IMG/VR virus record: IMGVR_UViG_3300013713_000001
Coordinates: 32,001 to 96,000 of that record
From: a virus
Taxonomy: Duplodnaviria > Caudoviricetes
Length of the DNA: 64,000 bases
Direction: 5' to 3' (one strand)
The stretch's first letter is position 1; each line of letters opens with the position of its first letter. The translations under genes were made by a program, and so were the position numbers. Positions 1 to 10,102 of this stretch are shown piece by piece. The notes under the pieces were generated by a model. The model had not been told where the DNA came from. It searched no databases and worked only from the letters and a program-made list of their open reading frames with translations.

Positions 1-294
1 GTTGTTGATCTGCTTCTCGTTGTAGTCGTTGATGCAGTCCCAGACATCCTTGAAGTTCACTGGGAACAGAACACCGCCCACCGACTCAGTCGACAGGTGA
101 ACCTTGCCGTCTTTCAGGTACAGGCGGTTGAGGCTGAAGAAATCAGCGTCATGCAGACCGACCGCGTGGATCTTGTCCCCAGCCACGAGTGCGGCACAGC
201 CCATCAGCTTCGACTCGTAACCGCCGTTGTGGTCATCCCAGATCACGCCGTTGCTTTCGATCAGGGCTTTCTCGATTTCTTTGTAACGATTCAT
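1..294 (-). CDS. Hypothetical protein, runs off window start (MNRYKEIEKALIESNG...)
   Basis: Translated by hand: ATG at 294, GGAGA RBS upstream, open for 98 codons to position 1, strongly C/G-ending codons; absent from ORF track. Confidence 0.75.
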   Translation of the reverse strand, partial: MNRYKEIEKALIESNGVIWDDHNGGYESKLMGCAALVAGDKIHAVGLHDADFFSLNRLYLKDGKVHLSTESVGGVLFPVNFKDVWDCINDYNEKQINN

Positions 295-340
295 AGTTCA
301 TCTCCAGAACAAATGTAAGTAGGTAACTTAGCGAGCCGCC

Positions 341-682
341 TTAGTCAGTAAGGTCGTTCATCTCGTCGGAAAGGGTGTAGTCATGCGGGCCGTTGTCTTC
401 ACGTCCCTTAAGGATGATCCCCCGGGATTGGAGGGGAGTCGGGTCAACTTTGTTTCGCTTGACCCCCGCGTTGGTCAACCCGGCGTCTTTCAGGTAGCGA
501 CCCCACTCTTGGTGACTACGCTTAGCCAGGTCCTCAGCAGCAGCGAGCCCGTGCAGGTTCAAGACCCGTACGTAGCCGTTACCGCCGACGCAGTTGTCGA
601 TGTACCGTTCACGCTTCAACGGGAACTGTGCGCGCATTCGTTCGATCGCTTCTTCCCGCTTCTGTTGCTTGCTCTTGGCCAT
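341..682 (-). CDS. Hypothetical early protein
   Basis: 113-aa ORF with GGAG RBS, in - strand block. Confidence 0.7.
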   Translation of the reverse strand: MAKSKQQKREEAIERMRAQFPLKRERYIDNCVGGNGYVRVLNLHGLAAAEDLAKRSHQEWGRYLKDAGLTNAGVKRNKVDPTPLQSRGIILKGREDNGPHDYTLSDEMNDLTD

Positions 683-708
683 CGAAAAACTCCTTATAAA
701 TCAATGAC

Positions 709-1035
709 TTAGCGCGACATCGCCGCGTTTACCAGAGGACTCGACCAACTGTGGTCCTCAGACATGAGTTTGAGCAGCGACGGACTCGCCTTTACCAGCG
801 GGTTCATGCGCATCTCGAAACGCCCGCCCTTGTGGATGTGCAGGGTCCCGAGTTGGAAGCCAAGGTCAATGCTGGCAAACTCGATGAAGTCGCCTTCGTT
901 GCAGTAGGTAATGGCCAGCTGCAACATACGGGGCATCGCGGTGTCGAAGTAGCTGTAACGACGAACCATGATGACTTTCTTGCTTTGGCCGCGGGTCATG
1001 GTGGCGATGACGCGGCGCTGTACGAATTCACTCAT
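709..1035 (-). CDS. Hypothetical protein
   Basis: ORF 709..1071; ATG at 1035 (MSEFVQRR) is the more plausible start. Confidence 0.65.
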   Translation of the reverse strand: MSEFVQRRVIATMTRGQSKKVIMVRRYSYFDTAMPRMLQLAITYCNEGDFIEFASIDLGFQLGTLHIHKGGRFEMRMNPLVKASPSLLKLMSEDHSWSSPLVNAAMSR

Positions 1036-1088
1036 TTGAAATACCCTAATAGACAAGACGCTAAGCGCCAAAATGTGGGACAGTACGG

Positions 1089-1292
1089 TTAGTTCATCCA
1101 GGGGTGTACGCTTTTAGAGGCGCAGGTCGGATGACGGTGGTAGTAGGACTTCAGCTGGACATCAGCTTGCTTGCTAACCTTGGCACTAGCTTGAATGTCA
1201 CCTTGCATTGCCAGTTGACCTGCCTTAGCAAACAGGCTATCAATCTGAGCGAGTTCACGGGAACGTTGCAACGCTGCTTGTACATTCTGCAT
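1089..1292 (-). CDS. Small hypothetical protein
   Basis: 67-aa ORF, GGAGA upstream. Confidence 0.55.
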   Translation of the reverse strand: MQNVQAALQRSRELAQIDSLFAKAGQLAMQGDIQASAKVSKQADVQLKSYYHRHPTCASKSVHPWMN

Positions 1293-1342
1293 TTCTTATC
1301 TCTCCATGACGGTTTACATGAAACGGTACTGCTAACAACCAA

Positions 1343-1630
1343 CTACTGCTTAATACGACTTACAACAAAGATTTCGAGCCCATCCGGATCAGTAGCGGAA
1401 ACAATCTCGTACCCCCGGGCATTGGCGTAACGGTGAGCCTGCATACGGAGGTCCAGACCCTTGAGAACAGCCCGCTCACGCGCCTGCACCGTTCCGAGAG
1501 TCCTTACCGAACTGTCGGCTTTATACGCCTCACTCAAGAGCCGCTTGATTTCCGCGATAACGACCGCATCATCGGTCTTGGCTGTTGGCAGCTGCTTACG
1601 CCAATCCGCCATGTTGACGACTTTACCCAT
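1343..1630 (-). CDS. Hypothetical protein
   Basis: 95-aa ORF, AGGAGG RBS. Confidence 0.7.
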   Translation of the reverse strand: MGKVVNMADWRKQLPTAKTDDAVVIAEIKRLLSEAYKADSSVRTLGTVQARERAVLKGLDLRMQAHRYANARGYEIVSATDPDGLEIFVVSRIKQ

Positions 1631-1641
1631 TGCTTTACCTC

Positions 1642-1974
1642 CTAGTGAACAGTTACGGTTTTGAAATAATTACCCGGCCAGGTGCGCTTAGTGCGCTTGC
1701 TGCGTTCTCGCAAAATGCTCAACAAGCGCTCACCGTAGATACGTGAAGAAGGACGACTGTATTTGTGCAGCTGCTTGATGTAATGACGCTGTTGATAGAC
1801 AAGAGCAAACACCTTTTCAAACTGACCAAAGACCTCATAGGCCAGGGGGTGCGAAAGGGCGATCCTCCCTGTTCGGTAATTGGCGAAATCAAGTGCCGCC
1901 AGGTCGATGGAGACCAGAGGACGACCATTCAGCGCAAGGGACGCTAACTGCAACAAGCGTTTATGCTTTTTCAT
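1642..1974 (-). CDS. Hypothetical basic protein
   Basis: 110-aa ORF, AGGAG RBS. Confidence 0.65.
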   Translation of the reverse strand: MKKHKRLLQLASLALNGRPLVSIDLAALDFANYRTGRIALSHPLAYEVFGQFEKVFALVYQQRHYIKQLHKYSRPSSRIYGERLLSILRERSKRTKRTWPGNYFKTVTVH

Positions 1975-1983
1975 GGTTACTCC

Positions 1984-2454
1984 TTACTGCAGGGTTGGAG
2001 AGCCAGGGTGGGTAGGTCGCGGGAGCACTTTCCTAGGCTCCCGGGGAATGGGCTTGCCGGTAAGAGAAAGCTCAGCTGGAATGAATGCCGTTACCCGTTC
2101 ATCCCCTTGAGCACGCTCCCAAGGGAAGCCAGACTTCGGGATGGCGTACGAAAGAATGGCCATAAGGTCCTTCGCACTGTTCGCCGGTTGGTTGAGCTGG
2201 TATTCGAAAAAGAACGCCACCGGATCCCAGCTAAATTCCGTACATTTATCTTTGATCTGGTGACGACACTTGAACACCATCTCCAAGACCATTTCAAACA
2301 TGGCGGGACCACCACTGAAGATGGTCGCATACTCACCCCCTTCCTTGCGGTGGTACAGCCATTCCCCCAAGTGCTCGGGTGGTATCTCGTGGTTATCGAA
2401 ATAATCGAGAACCAGTTGCGCAAATAGAACACAACGCTTAGCCATTGAGCACAT
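1984..2454 (-). CDS. Hypothetical protein
   Basis: 156-aa ORF packed in operon. Confidence 0.65.
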   Translation of the reverse strand: MCSMAKRCVLFAQLVLDYFDNHEIPPEHLGEWLYHRKEGGEYATIFSGGPAMFEMVLEMVFKCRHQIKDKCTEFSWDPVAFFFEYQLNQPANSAKDLMAILSYAIPKSGFPWERAQGDERVTAFIPAELSLTGKPIPREPRKVLPRPTHPGSPTLQ

Positions 2455-2671
2455 CCTTCTTAACCGTTACGGGGGCGATCGTATCAAGCTTCGCGATACG
2501 GGCCTGGAGCATTGCAGCCTTGCTTTTCATCGTCTTGCTTTCATCTCGTAGCCAACGGCGTTCGTTAGGACAGGACGAGAAAGTAGCAGTACGCGCAAGC
2601 TTCGCGGCTTCCCGCAGTAGGGCATTGATACGCACGGACATCATGTTCTTTAATTTCTCGGAGCTATCCAT
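2438..2671 (-). CDS. Hypothetical protein, first gene after early promoter
   Basis: 77-aa ORF about 50 nt downstream of promoter motif. Confidence 0.6.
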   Translation of the reverse strand: MDSSEKLKNMMSVRINALLREAAKLARTATFSSCPNERRWLRDESKTMKSKAAMLQARIAKLDTIAPVTVKKDVLNG

Positions 2672-2719
2672 AGGGCCGCCATTATTGGAAATTGATGATA
2701 AGGTTTACTAATCAAAGTG

Positions 2720-2730
2720 GTAATATAGGT
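2720..2730 (-). promoter_or_regulatory. phiKZ-type early promoter
   Basis: ACCTATATTAC on - strand, matches phiKZ early TATATTAC core, intergenic. Confidence 0.8.
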
Positions 2731-2859
2731 TTAAAATGGCCTACAACTTAAATCTAACTAGCACTTTGCTCAGGTAGTAAATAGATTATCCAGTACTATT
2801 TTATTTTAGCAATTTTATGGTCTACCGCTACCCAACCCCTTACCACGGATACCTTCCTC

Positions 2860-3441
2860 ATGGCATTTCCAAATGACGAGTTATTCCTGGAGCGTTTCAT
2901 CGCGTACAACATACGGCGGTATAGCTCCGACCCCGAGTTTGTAGCAAAGCTGCAGACATTAACCCTTACCAACACCACCTTTTTCAACTTCCGTAAAGTC
3001 CAGCTGGCCACTGGCGGCGTAGCCCACTATGTTGATGTCAACTCTCCCGGTATCCTGGAAGGTATTGACCAACAGTACCTCCCGGCGGACTACACAAAGC
3101 ACGGGCCCTCTGAGATAGAGGACGAAGTGCCCTTCCTCAAGGAAGACCTGGAAGTCAAAACCGTTCAAGGGGTTTACTTCCTTGGCACGAGTAAAGAGGA
3201 CTCAGTTGGCGCAGTGGTCATGCTTAATGGTCATGTCAACGCTGCTGAGTTGAAAGCCCTGGTCAAAGAGAAGTGCCTCTTTGTATTGCAGGATAACGAG
3301 ATCGTCGTCAGCAATGACATGACGTATGTCACCATTGATTCACGCACCATCAACGGTGTTTTGAAAGTGGTTGAATCTCTGTACGACGGGGTCCCTCGTT
3401 ATAACGGGGTCTTCCGACACGACGGGACCATCACCTACTAA
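2860..3441 (+). CDS. Putative virion/tail-fibre attachment protein; paralog of 31152..31760
   Basis: First gene of tail operon; C-terminal RYNGVFRHDGTITY; N-terminus aligns with 31152 protein. Confidence 0.55.
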   Translation: MAFPNDELFLERFIAYNIRRYSSDPEFVAKLQTLTLTNTTFFNFRKVQLATGGVAHYVDVNSPGILEGIDQQYLPADYTKHGPSEIEDEVPFLKEDLEVKTVQGVYFLGTSKEDSVGAVVMLNGHVNAAELKALVKEKCLFVLQDNEIVVSNDMTYVTIDSRTINGVLKVVESLYDGVPRYNGVFRHDGTITY

Positions 3442-3456
3442 GGAAAGGTACCAGTA

Positions 3457-6400
3457 ATGGCTATCACAGACGATGCAGTAAAGCCTGGTGATTTGCCGGC
3501 TATTAAAGAACAACCGATTTGGGAAGAACACCTACCTGCGCTTATTTCTGGCGTAAAGGTACAAGGTAAAAGTGATGGTTCCGGGGCGTCTAACTTCCAG
3601 GCCCGTGTTCTGGACAAACGTACCCGCTGGTTGAAAGAAGTAGTCGAAGGCTTGGCGTTGGGCGGTATTATCCTCTTGGGGTATCTGCCTGATGAAGACG
3701 CGCTGAACGAAGTAGAAACAGACAAACTCCAGGTCGGTACTGCTTACTTTGTTGACTTTGCCCTGCGGGTCTGGAACGGACAACAGTGGGCAACCTCTGG
3801 GTCCCTTCGTGGCGAACGCGGTCTTAACCTGCTGGGTGTATGGCCTGAGAAAGTTTCCCTTCCTGAAGTGGAAGAGAACGAGATCGGTGACGCCTACATC
3901 TGGAACCATGACTTCTGGGTGTTGGTTCCAAACCCGCTCCGCTGGGAACCGATGGGTATTCGAGGTCCGGAGGGTAAGTCCGCCTATGAGGTCTGGGAGA
4001 GCCAACCTGCCAACGCGGGTAAGAGTGAAACGCAGTACCTGAAGTCACTCATCGCCAAAGACAACTACCAGATCGCCGTTGAGGAAGGGTTCAAGGGTAC
4101 CCGTAGTGAGTGGGTCGATTCCCTGCGCGCCAAGAACAACTATGAACTGTGGTTGCAGGCAGGTAATAAAGGCAGTCTTGAAGATTACCTGGTTACTTTG
4201 AAGTCCACGGTTCCTGGTCCCAAGGGCGACAACATCAAAGGTGACCCAGGAGATAATGGCAAAGACGGACGTAACCTCTACATCAAGGGAACCGTCCCGA
4301 CCCGTGGGTGGCTCGAGGGGTTACCGACAAAGGAAGACCAGGACGCCTACATCACGGCTGACGATAACCACCTGTGGATGTACTTGGTTCCCGGTGGCTT
4401 TACCGACCTTGGTCCCTTCAGGGGTAGTGATGGTAAAGATGGTAAGAATGGCCGGAACATCGTTCTGCTGGGTGCAGTGGAAGCTATTGCTAACTTGCCA
4501 AAGGGCCCTGTCGACCAGGACTGCTATGCGGTAACAGCGGTCAATGCGGTCTACATGTTTATCTCCAGCCAAGGCTGGACGAACCTGGGGACCTTCAAAG
4601 GCCGGGACGGTACCAATGGGACCAACGGCACCAATGGCACTAACGGGAAGAATGGGACTAACGGTCTTAACATCGTGCTTACTGGCGCGGTTGATAAGTT
4701 CAGTGAGCTTCCGGTCACCCCAGCTGAGCAAGACGTCTACGCCGTTCGTGAAGAGAACCGTCTGTATGGACGTATCAATTCCGTCTGGGTTCACCTTGGG
4801 ACCTTTAAGGGAGAAAAGGGTGATACCGGGGATAAGGGCGAAGACGGAAAGAGTATCAAAGGGGATAAAGGTGAGGATGGTAAGGACGGTCGCAACATCA
4901 TCGTCAAGAACGTCTTGCCAAGTGCTAGTGATCTCCCCGCCACGGCTAACCAGGAGCAGGATTGCTACGCGGTCAATGACACGAACGAAGTGTTCATGTG
5001 GATCGATGCAAAATGGAAAAGTCTCGGCAAGTTTAAAGGACGTGACGGTACTAACGGGGTCAACATTGTTGTAAAGGGTTCGGTAGCCTCATTCGCTGCC
5101 CTTCCTTCTGGTCCTGCGGAGCAGGACGTTTATTCTGTTCAGGATGAAAACGCGCTTTACGCCTTTGTTTCGGGAGCATGGTTAAACCTCGGTACCTTTA
5201 AAGGTAAAGACGGTAGAAACGGCACTGATGGTAAGAACGGTAAAGATGGTGCCAATGGCAAGTCCACTGACATCATCAAAGTCCTTACTGAAGAAGACCA
5301 GACCCCTCCCCCGCTTGATAGCACTACTCTTGGAAAGTCCTACTTGGACTTGAACAACATCGTCTGGATCAACTTGGACCTGAAATGGCAAAAGGTTGGT
5401 CCGTTTAACGGTGAGAAAGGTGACATTGGTCCGGCGGGTCCACCGATGAAGATCCGTGGTACTGTGCCTACTCTAGCGGACCTGCCTGCATTGGAGGACA
5501 CTGAGGAAGGCGACCTCTGGTACACCGCGGACACCAAACTGGCTTACGGTGTTGTTGACGGTAACTGGACTGATGCGATTGACATGATTGGCCCAGAAGG
5601 TAAGCAAGGCCTGGAGGGTCTACCAGGTGCGTTGATGCCGATCCTTGGCCTCTACGATACCTTGCCTGCGTTGATCGCCGATCGCCCCACGGGTTCTAAA
5701 GGGGATGCTTACCTTGTCGTCACCGGTCAAGACAGCCGTAACCTGATCGTCTGGAACACGAACACCAATAGCTGGCAGGACACCGGTCCGGCAGGCTTGC
5801 CAGGTCCACGCGGTCCAGCTGGTAAGGACTCTGTGGTTCCAGGTCCACGTGGTGAGAAGGGAAGTCAATGGCTGATCCTTCCTGCTGACCAGGACGAACC
5901 TTCCGACACGTTTAACGGGCGCACAGGTGACTGGGCGGTTACGAAGAACATGCGGGTCTGGTACAAGACTGCAGAGGGTTGGATCTTCTGGAACTGGATC
6001 GTGGCAGGTGACGTTAACTCACCTTTGAAAGGAGAAGGGATCGTTGCGCGTTATGGGGCTGAATGGGTTCCCCTACCCGTTGACGAGGTAAAGGAGGCTG
6101 TTGCCGGTAAGGTCTACGGTCGTCGTCTGAAAACAGGTGACGATGAAGTGACAGAATGGGTAGAGATTGAATTCCCTGATGTCATGACCAAAGACGGGAA
6201 GCCGTACGCCCGTGTTTGGTTGACCGATGGTGATGCACCCGTCTGGCAGGAGATTCAGTTCCCTAAGGGTATTGAAGATCTGAAGACCAAAGACGGCAAA
6301 CAACATGCACGGGTTTGGGAAGCTGACGGAACAGCACCCGTCTGGAAAGAGATCGTTTTCCCTAAAGGGATTACTGACCTCCTTACCAAGGACGACAACA

Positions 6401-6933
6401 AGCAGTTTGTTCGTGTCTTCAAGAACGGATCAGACACCCCAATCTGGCAAGAGCTGAAACTGCCTGAAGCGGGCATTGCGGACGTTAAGAACCCGGAAGC
6501 CGGTGCGGTATACCTGCGGGATCCAGGAAACAACACGTGGGTTAAATACCTCAAGTCCGCCAGCGATGGTCGTCAGTACCTTCAAAAGGACGGGAGTTGG
6601 ATCCGGTTTGACCGTTACGACCTTGCCATCAAGACGGTTACTGCGAGCTACCAGATTGACCCTGAGGTCGATCAGATCGTTGCAGTGACGAACACTACCA
6701 GCACGGCAAAGGTGATCTCCATCAAGGATTTCCTCTCTGACCGCGCGACAACAGTGATCGTCAGAATCAAGGGGACTACCGGGGCGATCTCGTATGGCGG
6801 AACAAACATTCGCTGGGATACCCGTTTGAATGGTGGTAGTCCGCCTGATTTGAGCACCTACCGAACCTCGCTTGTGTTCTTCTGGGACGGTGAAGTGTGG
6901 ACCGGTAACGTGAGTTCGACCACTAACCAATAA
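3457..6933 (+). CDS. Tail fibre protein 1 (collagen-like G-x-x linkers with repeated ~50-aa modules)
   Basis: N-terminal GASNFQARVLDKRTRWLK fibre anchor motif; repeated GxNIxxxGxV...LP...QDxYAV...WxxLGxFKG modules; followed by chaperone-like gene. Confidence 0.8.
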   Translation: MAITDDAVKPGDLPAIKEQPIWEEHLPALISGVKVQGKSDGSGASNFQARVLDKRTRWLKEVVEGLALGGIILLGYLPDEDALNEVETDKLQVGTAYFVDFALRVWNGQQWATSGSLRGERGLNLLGVWPEKVSLPEVEENEIGDAYIWNHDFWVLVPNPLRWEPMGIRGPEGKSAYEVWESQPANAGKSETQYLKSLIAKDNYQIAVEEGFKGTRSEWVDSLRAKNNYELWLQAGNKGSLEDYLVTLKSTVPGPKGDNIKGDPGDNGKDGRNLYIKGTVPTRGWLEGLPTKEDQDAYITADDNHLWMYLVPGGFTDLGPFRGSDGKDGKNGRNIVLLGAVEAIANLPKGPVDQDCYAVTAVNAVYMFISSQGWTNLGTFKGRDGTNGTNGTNGTNGKNGTNGLNIVLTGAVDKFSELPVTPAEQDVYAVREENRLYGRINSVWVHLGTFKGEKGDTGDKGEDGKSIKGDKGEDGKDGRNIIVKNVLPSASDLPATANQEQDCYAVNDTNEVFMWIDAKWKSLGKFKGRDGTNGVNIVVKGSVASFAALPSGPAEQDVYSVQDENALYAFVSGAWLNLGTFKGKDGRNGTDGKNGKDGANGKSTDIIKVLTEEDQTPPPLDSTTLGKSYLDLNNIVWINLDLKWQKVGPFNGEKGDIGPAGPPMKIRGTVPTLADLPALEDTEEGDLWYTADTKLAYGVVDGNWTDAIDMIGPEGKQGLEGLPGALMPILGLYDTLPALIADRPTGSKGDAYLVVTGQDSRNLIVWNTNTNSWQDTGPAGLPGPRGPAGKDSVVPGPRGEKGSQWLILPADQDEPSDTFNGRTGDWAVTKNMRVWYKTAEGWIFWNWIVAGDVNSPLKGEGIVARYGAEWVPLPVDEVKEAVAGKVYGRRLKTGDDEVTEWVEIEFPDVMTKDGKPYARVWLTDGDAPVWQEIQFPKGIEDLKTKDGKQHARVWEADGTAPVWKEIVFPKGITDLLTKDDNKQFVRVFKNGSDTPIWQELKLPEAGIADVKNPEAGAVYLRDPGNNTWVKYLKSASDGRQYLQKDGSWIRFDRYDLAIKTVTASYQIDPEVDQIVAVTNTTSTAKVISIKDFLSDRATTVIVRIKGTTGAISYGGTNIRWDTRLNGGSPPDLSTYRTSLVFFWDGEVWTGNVSSTTNQ

Positions 6934-6940
6934 AGGTACA

Positions 6941-6971
6941 GAGTGAGGAGGGTACGTGCCCTCCTTTACTC
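6941..6971 (+). terminator. Stem-loop between fibre 1 and its chaperone
   Basis: AGGAGGGTA/TGCCCTCCT inverted repeat. Confidence 0.5.
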
Positions 6972-6986
6972 CTTAAGGAAATTATC

Positions 6987-7673
6987 ATGGAAAACGCAGA
7001 GGAAGAAGTTGTAGGGTTTCCGGTAACACGAGATACCCCGCTCATCGACGTTAACACCCTCGAGTACCCGATCTACATCAAGGACCTGAACGAGCGCCTG
7101 GAATACCCGACGTCATTTGGTCCTACCGTTAACAGTGAGACCCTTCGGCATTTCGGTTATGCTCCGGTTGAACACAGTGCGATACCAGACAAAGAAGTTG
7201 TGACCGAAGGCCAGCCTAAACTGGTTGATGGGACATGGCAACGCACCTGGATAACCCGTGAATACAGCGAACAGGAAATGGCTGACCAGCTAGGTCGTCT
7301 AAAGGAAGACCTGTTGGTGGCAATTGAGCAACTGCGCGAGCAGCAATTCGCAATCGGCTTCCCGTATCAGTTCGGTGATGGTCAGACCTACCACGTCCAG
7401 ATCCGCGACGGTGACCGGGCTAACATCCTGGCCAAGCGAACCCGTGCTAAGGAATCCCTTGGAGAAGGTGATGGTAGCTACACCGTTGACTTCCAGGTCT
7501 ACGAAAACGTTGCAGTGACCCTGAACGCAAAAGAGATGGTGGCGATGAGTAACGCTGCTGATGATCAAGCCAGCCACGGTTACAAAGCGATCTGGGAACT
7601 CAAGAATGCTGTAAAGAAAGCAGGTAGTGTCTCTGAATTGCCTGAACTTCCAGCATCGATTTTCGTAGTTTAA
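6987..7673 (+). CDS. Tail fibre assembly chaperone-like protein (DUF4376-like C-terminus)
   Basis: GFPYQFG..YHVQIR..DRANI, ENVAVTLNAKEM, WELKNAV pattern; downstream of fibre; paralog of 14026. Confidence 0.65.
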   Translation: MENAEEEVVGFPVTRDTPLIDVNTLEYPIYIKDLNERLEYPTSFGPTVNSETLRHFGYAPVEHSAIPDKEVVTEGQPKLVDGTWQRTWITREYSEQEMADQLGRLKEDLLVAIEQLREQQFAIGFPYQFGDGQTYHVQIRDGDRANILAKRTRAKESLGEGDGSYTVDFQVYENVAVTLNAKEMVAMSNAADDQASHGYKAIWELKNAVKKAGSVSELPELPASIFVV

Positions 7674-7687
7674 CCGGGGTATAGACA

Positions 7688-8158
7688 ATGAGTACCTTTA
7701 CACAATTCAGCGGTGAAGAACAGTTACGTTACAACAGAGTACTGAGTAAATTGGCCGGGGTAAGTTTGTGGGACACCTTGCCGGGTTTCCGGTACTACCT
7801 TGGTGAAAAGGATTCCAATCGCTGGGTGGACGTGGAAAGCGGATTCATTACCGATGGGGCCACTATCCCACGTGCTTTCTGGTGGCTCCTTCCCCCTATC
7901 GACGAATACACACAGTGCACCACCCTACACGACAAGCTCTGTACGACGTACACCATCACAGAGCTTATCAACGGTGTAGAGCACCAGGTACCAGTGACAC
8001 GTAAACAAATCGATGCGATTCTCCAAGAGTCCATGGTTGTTCTTAATGTCACCCCCTGGAAAAGAAACTTCATCATGACAGGCGTCAATCTCAATAGGCG
8101 GGTTAGAAACCCCACTAAACCTAAACCCGTGTACTCGTTACTGGCCGGGATGGGTTAA
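7688..8158 (+). CDS. DUF1353-family phage tail-associated protein
   Basis: GFITDGATIPR..W and LHDKLC motifs, RKQIDAIL. Confidence 0.75.
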   Translation: MSTFTQFSGEEQLRYNRVLSKLAGVSLWDTLPGFRYYLGEKDSNRWVDVESGFITDGATIPRAFWWLLPPIDEYTQCTTLHDKLCTTYTITELINGVEHQVPVTRKQIDAILQESMVVLNVTPWKRNFIMTGVNLNRRVRNPTKPKPVYSLLAGMG

Positions 8159-8174
8159 TGTAAGGAGTGTTACT

Positions 8175-9110
8175 GTGATTGAATTATTGTCGTGCGGGAA
8201 CAGTAAGCCCCGTGTCGAATACCCTGATTCTGGTCCGGGACCCATTACTCTCTCCAAGGGTGATGAGACGCTTGGATTATTTGGTATCGTAAGTTATTCA
8301 GATTTCTTTACTGGGACCGAATTAATTAAAGCCACCGGGTCTCCGGCTAAAACCAGTCCTACAGATACTACGGACTGGGTAAAGATGATGGTAGACAAAC
8401 AAGTTCTGTTTATTCCTAGACGGCCGCTAAGCTCGGGCGGTAACTGGAATGAGTTTTACGAGAGAGGGCTCGTTTACGGGGATGGGACTGACGGTAAGTA
8501 CCCCTCAGTCACCCCCGTAAAACAGCAATCGCTGGTTGTAAAGGCTGGAAGTATTTTTAGGGTAAGGCTTTTCGGAAAGGGTGATCCGGATCCAATAACG
8601 GTGCCCGCTGGCGCTTCTAACACCCAGTTGTTAAAGGATTTTGAGCTAGGTCGTTTCTTGGCGGCCACTCACTACATGCCAGGTAACAACCATGAGCAAC
8701 TAAGCAACTCATGGAGGCTCTACCCCATGGACAGTGGGGTCACTTGGATATCTAGAGCGATATGGATGATGGAGACCTATGGCAGTAATGTTAGTCAAGC
8801 ACTTTCTTACTACCTGCGGTCATTCCCTGCTCCAGAGCCGATGTACCTTAATAAAAGCATATCTTCCACTAACAGCTATCTTTGGTGGCCCGTGCTTGAG
8901 GTAATGCCGGTCGATACATTGTTTGCAATTGATACGCCTTCCAATCTCGTCATAGACGAAACAGTTCCCGCTCCGATAGCGGTTACCTCGACTGATTATG
9001 AGGAGGCTACCGAAGCTGACATGCTGAAACCCATCTCTCTTCAGGGAGTCCGTTACGACACGACAGACCCTAAAGCTGTCGCGATCACTTCGCTTGATTA
9101 TGAAGCGTAA
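8175..9110 (+). CDS. Virion structural protein, DSGPGP/GxFG paralog family
   Basis: YPDSGPGP..L..GD...G.FG and terminal WWPVLE shared with neighbours. Confidence 0.65.
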   Translation: MIELLSCGNSKPRVEYPDSGPGPITLSKGDETLGLFGIVSYSDFFTGTELIKATGSPAKTSPTDTTDWVKMMVDKQVLFIPRRPLSSGGNWNEFYERGLVYGDGTDGKYPSVTPVKQQSLVVKAGSIFRVRLFGKGDPDPITVPAGASNTQLLKDFELGRFLAATHYMPGNNHEQLSNSWRLYPMDSGVTWISRAIWMMETYGSNVSQALSYYLRSFPAPEPMYLNKSISSTNSYLWWPVLEVMPVDTLFAIDTPSNLVIDETVPAPIAVTSTDYEEATEADMLKPISLQGVRYDTTDPKAVAITSLDYEA

Positions 9111-9121
9111 GGATAAAGAAC

Positions 9122-10102
9122 ATGCGAGTAAGACTTCGTTGGAAAGATCAAAACTCTAAACCTCACGACACCCTTATTTACCGTAGTGACACGCGGCCTA
9201 CTGCTGACCCTACAGGGACCCCACTGGTAAAACTGAGCAATGGGGAAACCGTTTGGGAGGATGTGACTGTAGTGAAGGGCGCAACCTATTGGTACACCTT
9301 TGTTGTCGCTAACAAAACCAATCGGGTCGTAAGTACGCCTGTCCAGGTTATCGCTCTTCCTAGAACTGGACATGGCCCTCAGGAAATAGTCTGGGGTGAT
9401 CAAGACTGGGGAATCTACGGCTACGTGGATGAAAACCTGTTTATCACTACCGCAAAACTGTTCTCACTGTTTGAGCCCGGTGGAAGCTTTTTTACAACAT
9501 CGGGTACTGTCGCCAATTACTGGAACAAGTTTGTGCGTAACGGCAAGACTCTATTTGTCCCGAGAAAGGCCGTTTCTTTCAATACGAATTGGAATGATCT
9601 CTATTTGAAAGGCTTGGTCTTTGGTGTTAATGGACCCGGCCCTCAAACAGGAGGCAACCCAGAAACCAACCAGCTGCGTACAGTTATCATTGATGGCGAT
9701 GAGTATATCGTCCGGCTCCCTACCGGATTTGACGATCGCGATAACCCAACGCGTGTTATCCCGGGTGAACTGACCCCTAGTAACGGAGGCCCTTTCCGTA
9801 AATACAGTGAGTTGGCCGATTTGTTCTGGTCGACTATCCCTGCATTTCCGCCTGACCGTAACCGCGCCATGAATGGACTATTAATGTGGTATTACCCGTT
9901 GATAGGATCATCAGGAGGGTCGATTATCCCCCAGGAGATTAATCCTAATAACAATTCCATCATGGCCCCTCTAGGGTTTACCGCTAACACGGATGTTCAG
10001 CCATTCTTCCGTTCAACACAGTACGCAAACGCGTCTCGTTACGCTGCCTGTGGGTGGTGGCCAATTCTTGAATTGATCGAAACGTTGGAGGTCGTCGTAT
10101 GA
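9122..10102 (+). CDS. Virion structural protein, N-terminal FN3/Ig-like domain plus family domain
   Basis: RVRLRW..IYRS..WED..YWY N-terminus; TGHGPQ..GD..G.YG; WWPILE. Confidence 0.65.
   Translation: MRVRLRWKDQNSKPHDTLIYRSDTRPTADPTGTPLVKLSNGETVWEDVTVVKGATYWYTFVVANKTNRVVSTPVQVIALPRTGHGPQEIVWGDQDWGIYGYVDENLFITTAKLFSLFEPGGSFFTTSGTVANYWNKFVRNGKTLFVPRKAVSFNTNWNDLYLKGLVFGVNGPGPQTGGNPETNQLRTVIIDGDEYIVRLPTGFDDRDNPTRVIPGELTPSNGGPFRKYSELADLFWSTIPAFPPDRNRAMNGLLMWYYPLIGSSGGSIIPQEINPNNNSIMAPLGFTANTDVQPFFRSTQYANASRYAACGWWPILELIETLEVVV

Noticed and set aside
4250-5260. Repeats in fibre 1 as a CRISPR array or DGR template/variable repeats
   Set aside because: In-frame protein repeats diverged at synonymous sites; no spacer structure or reverse transcriptase in the window
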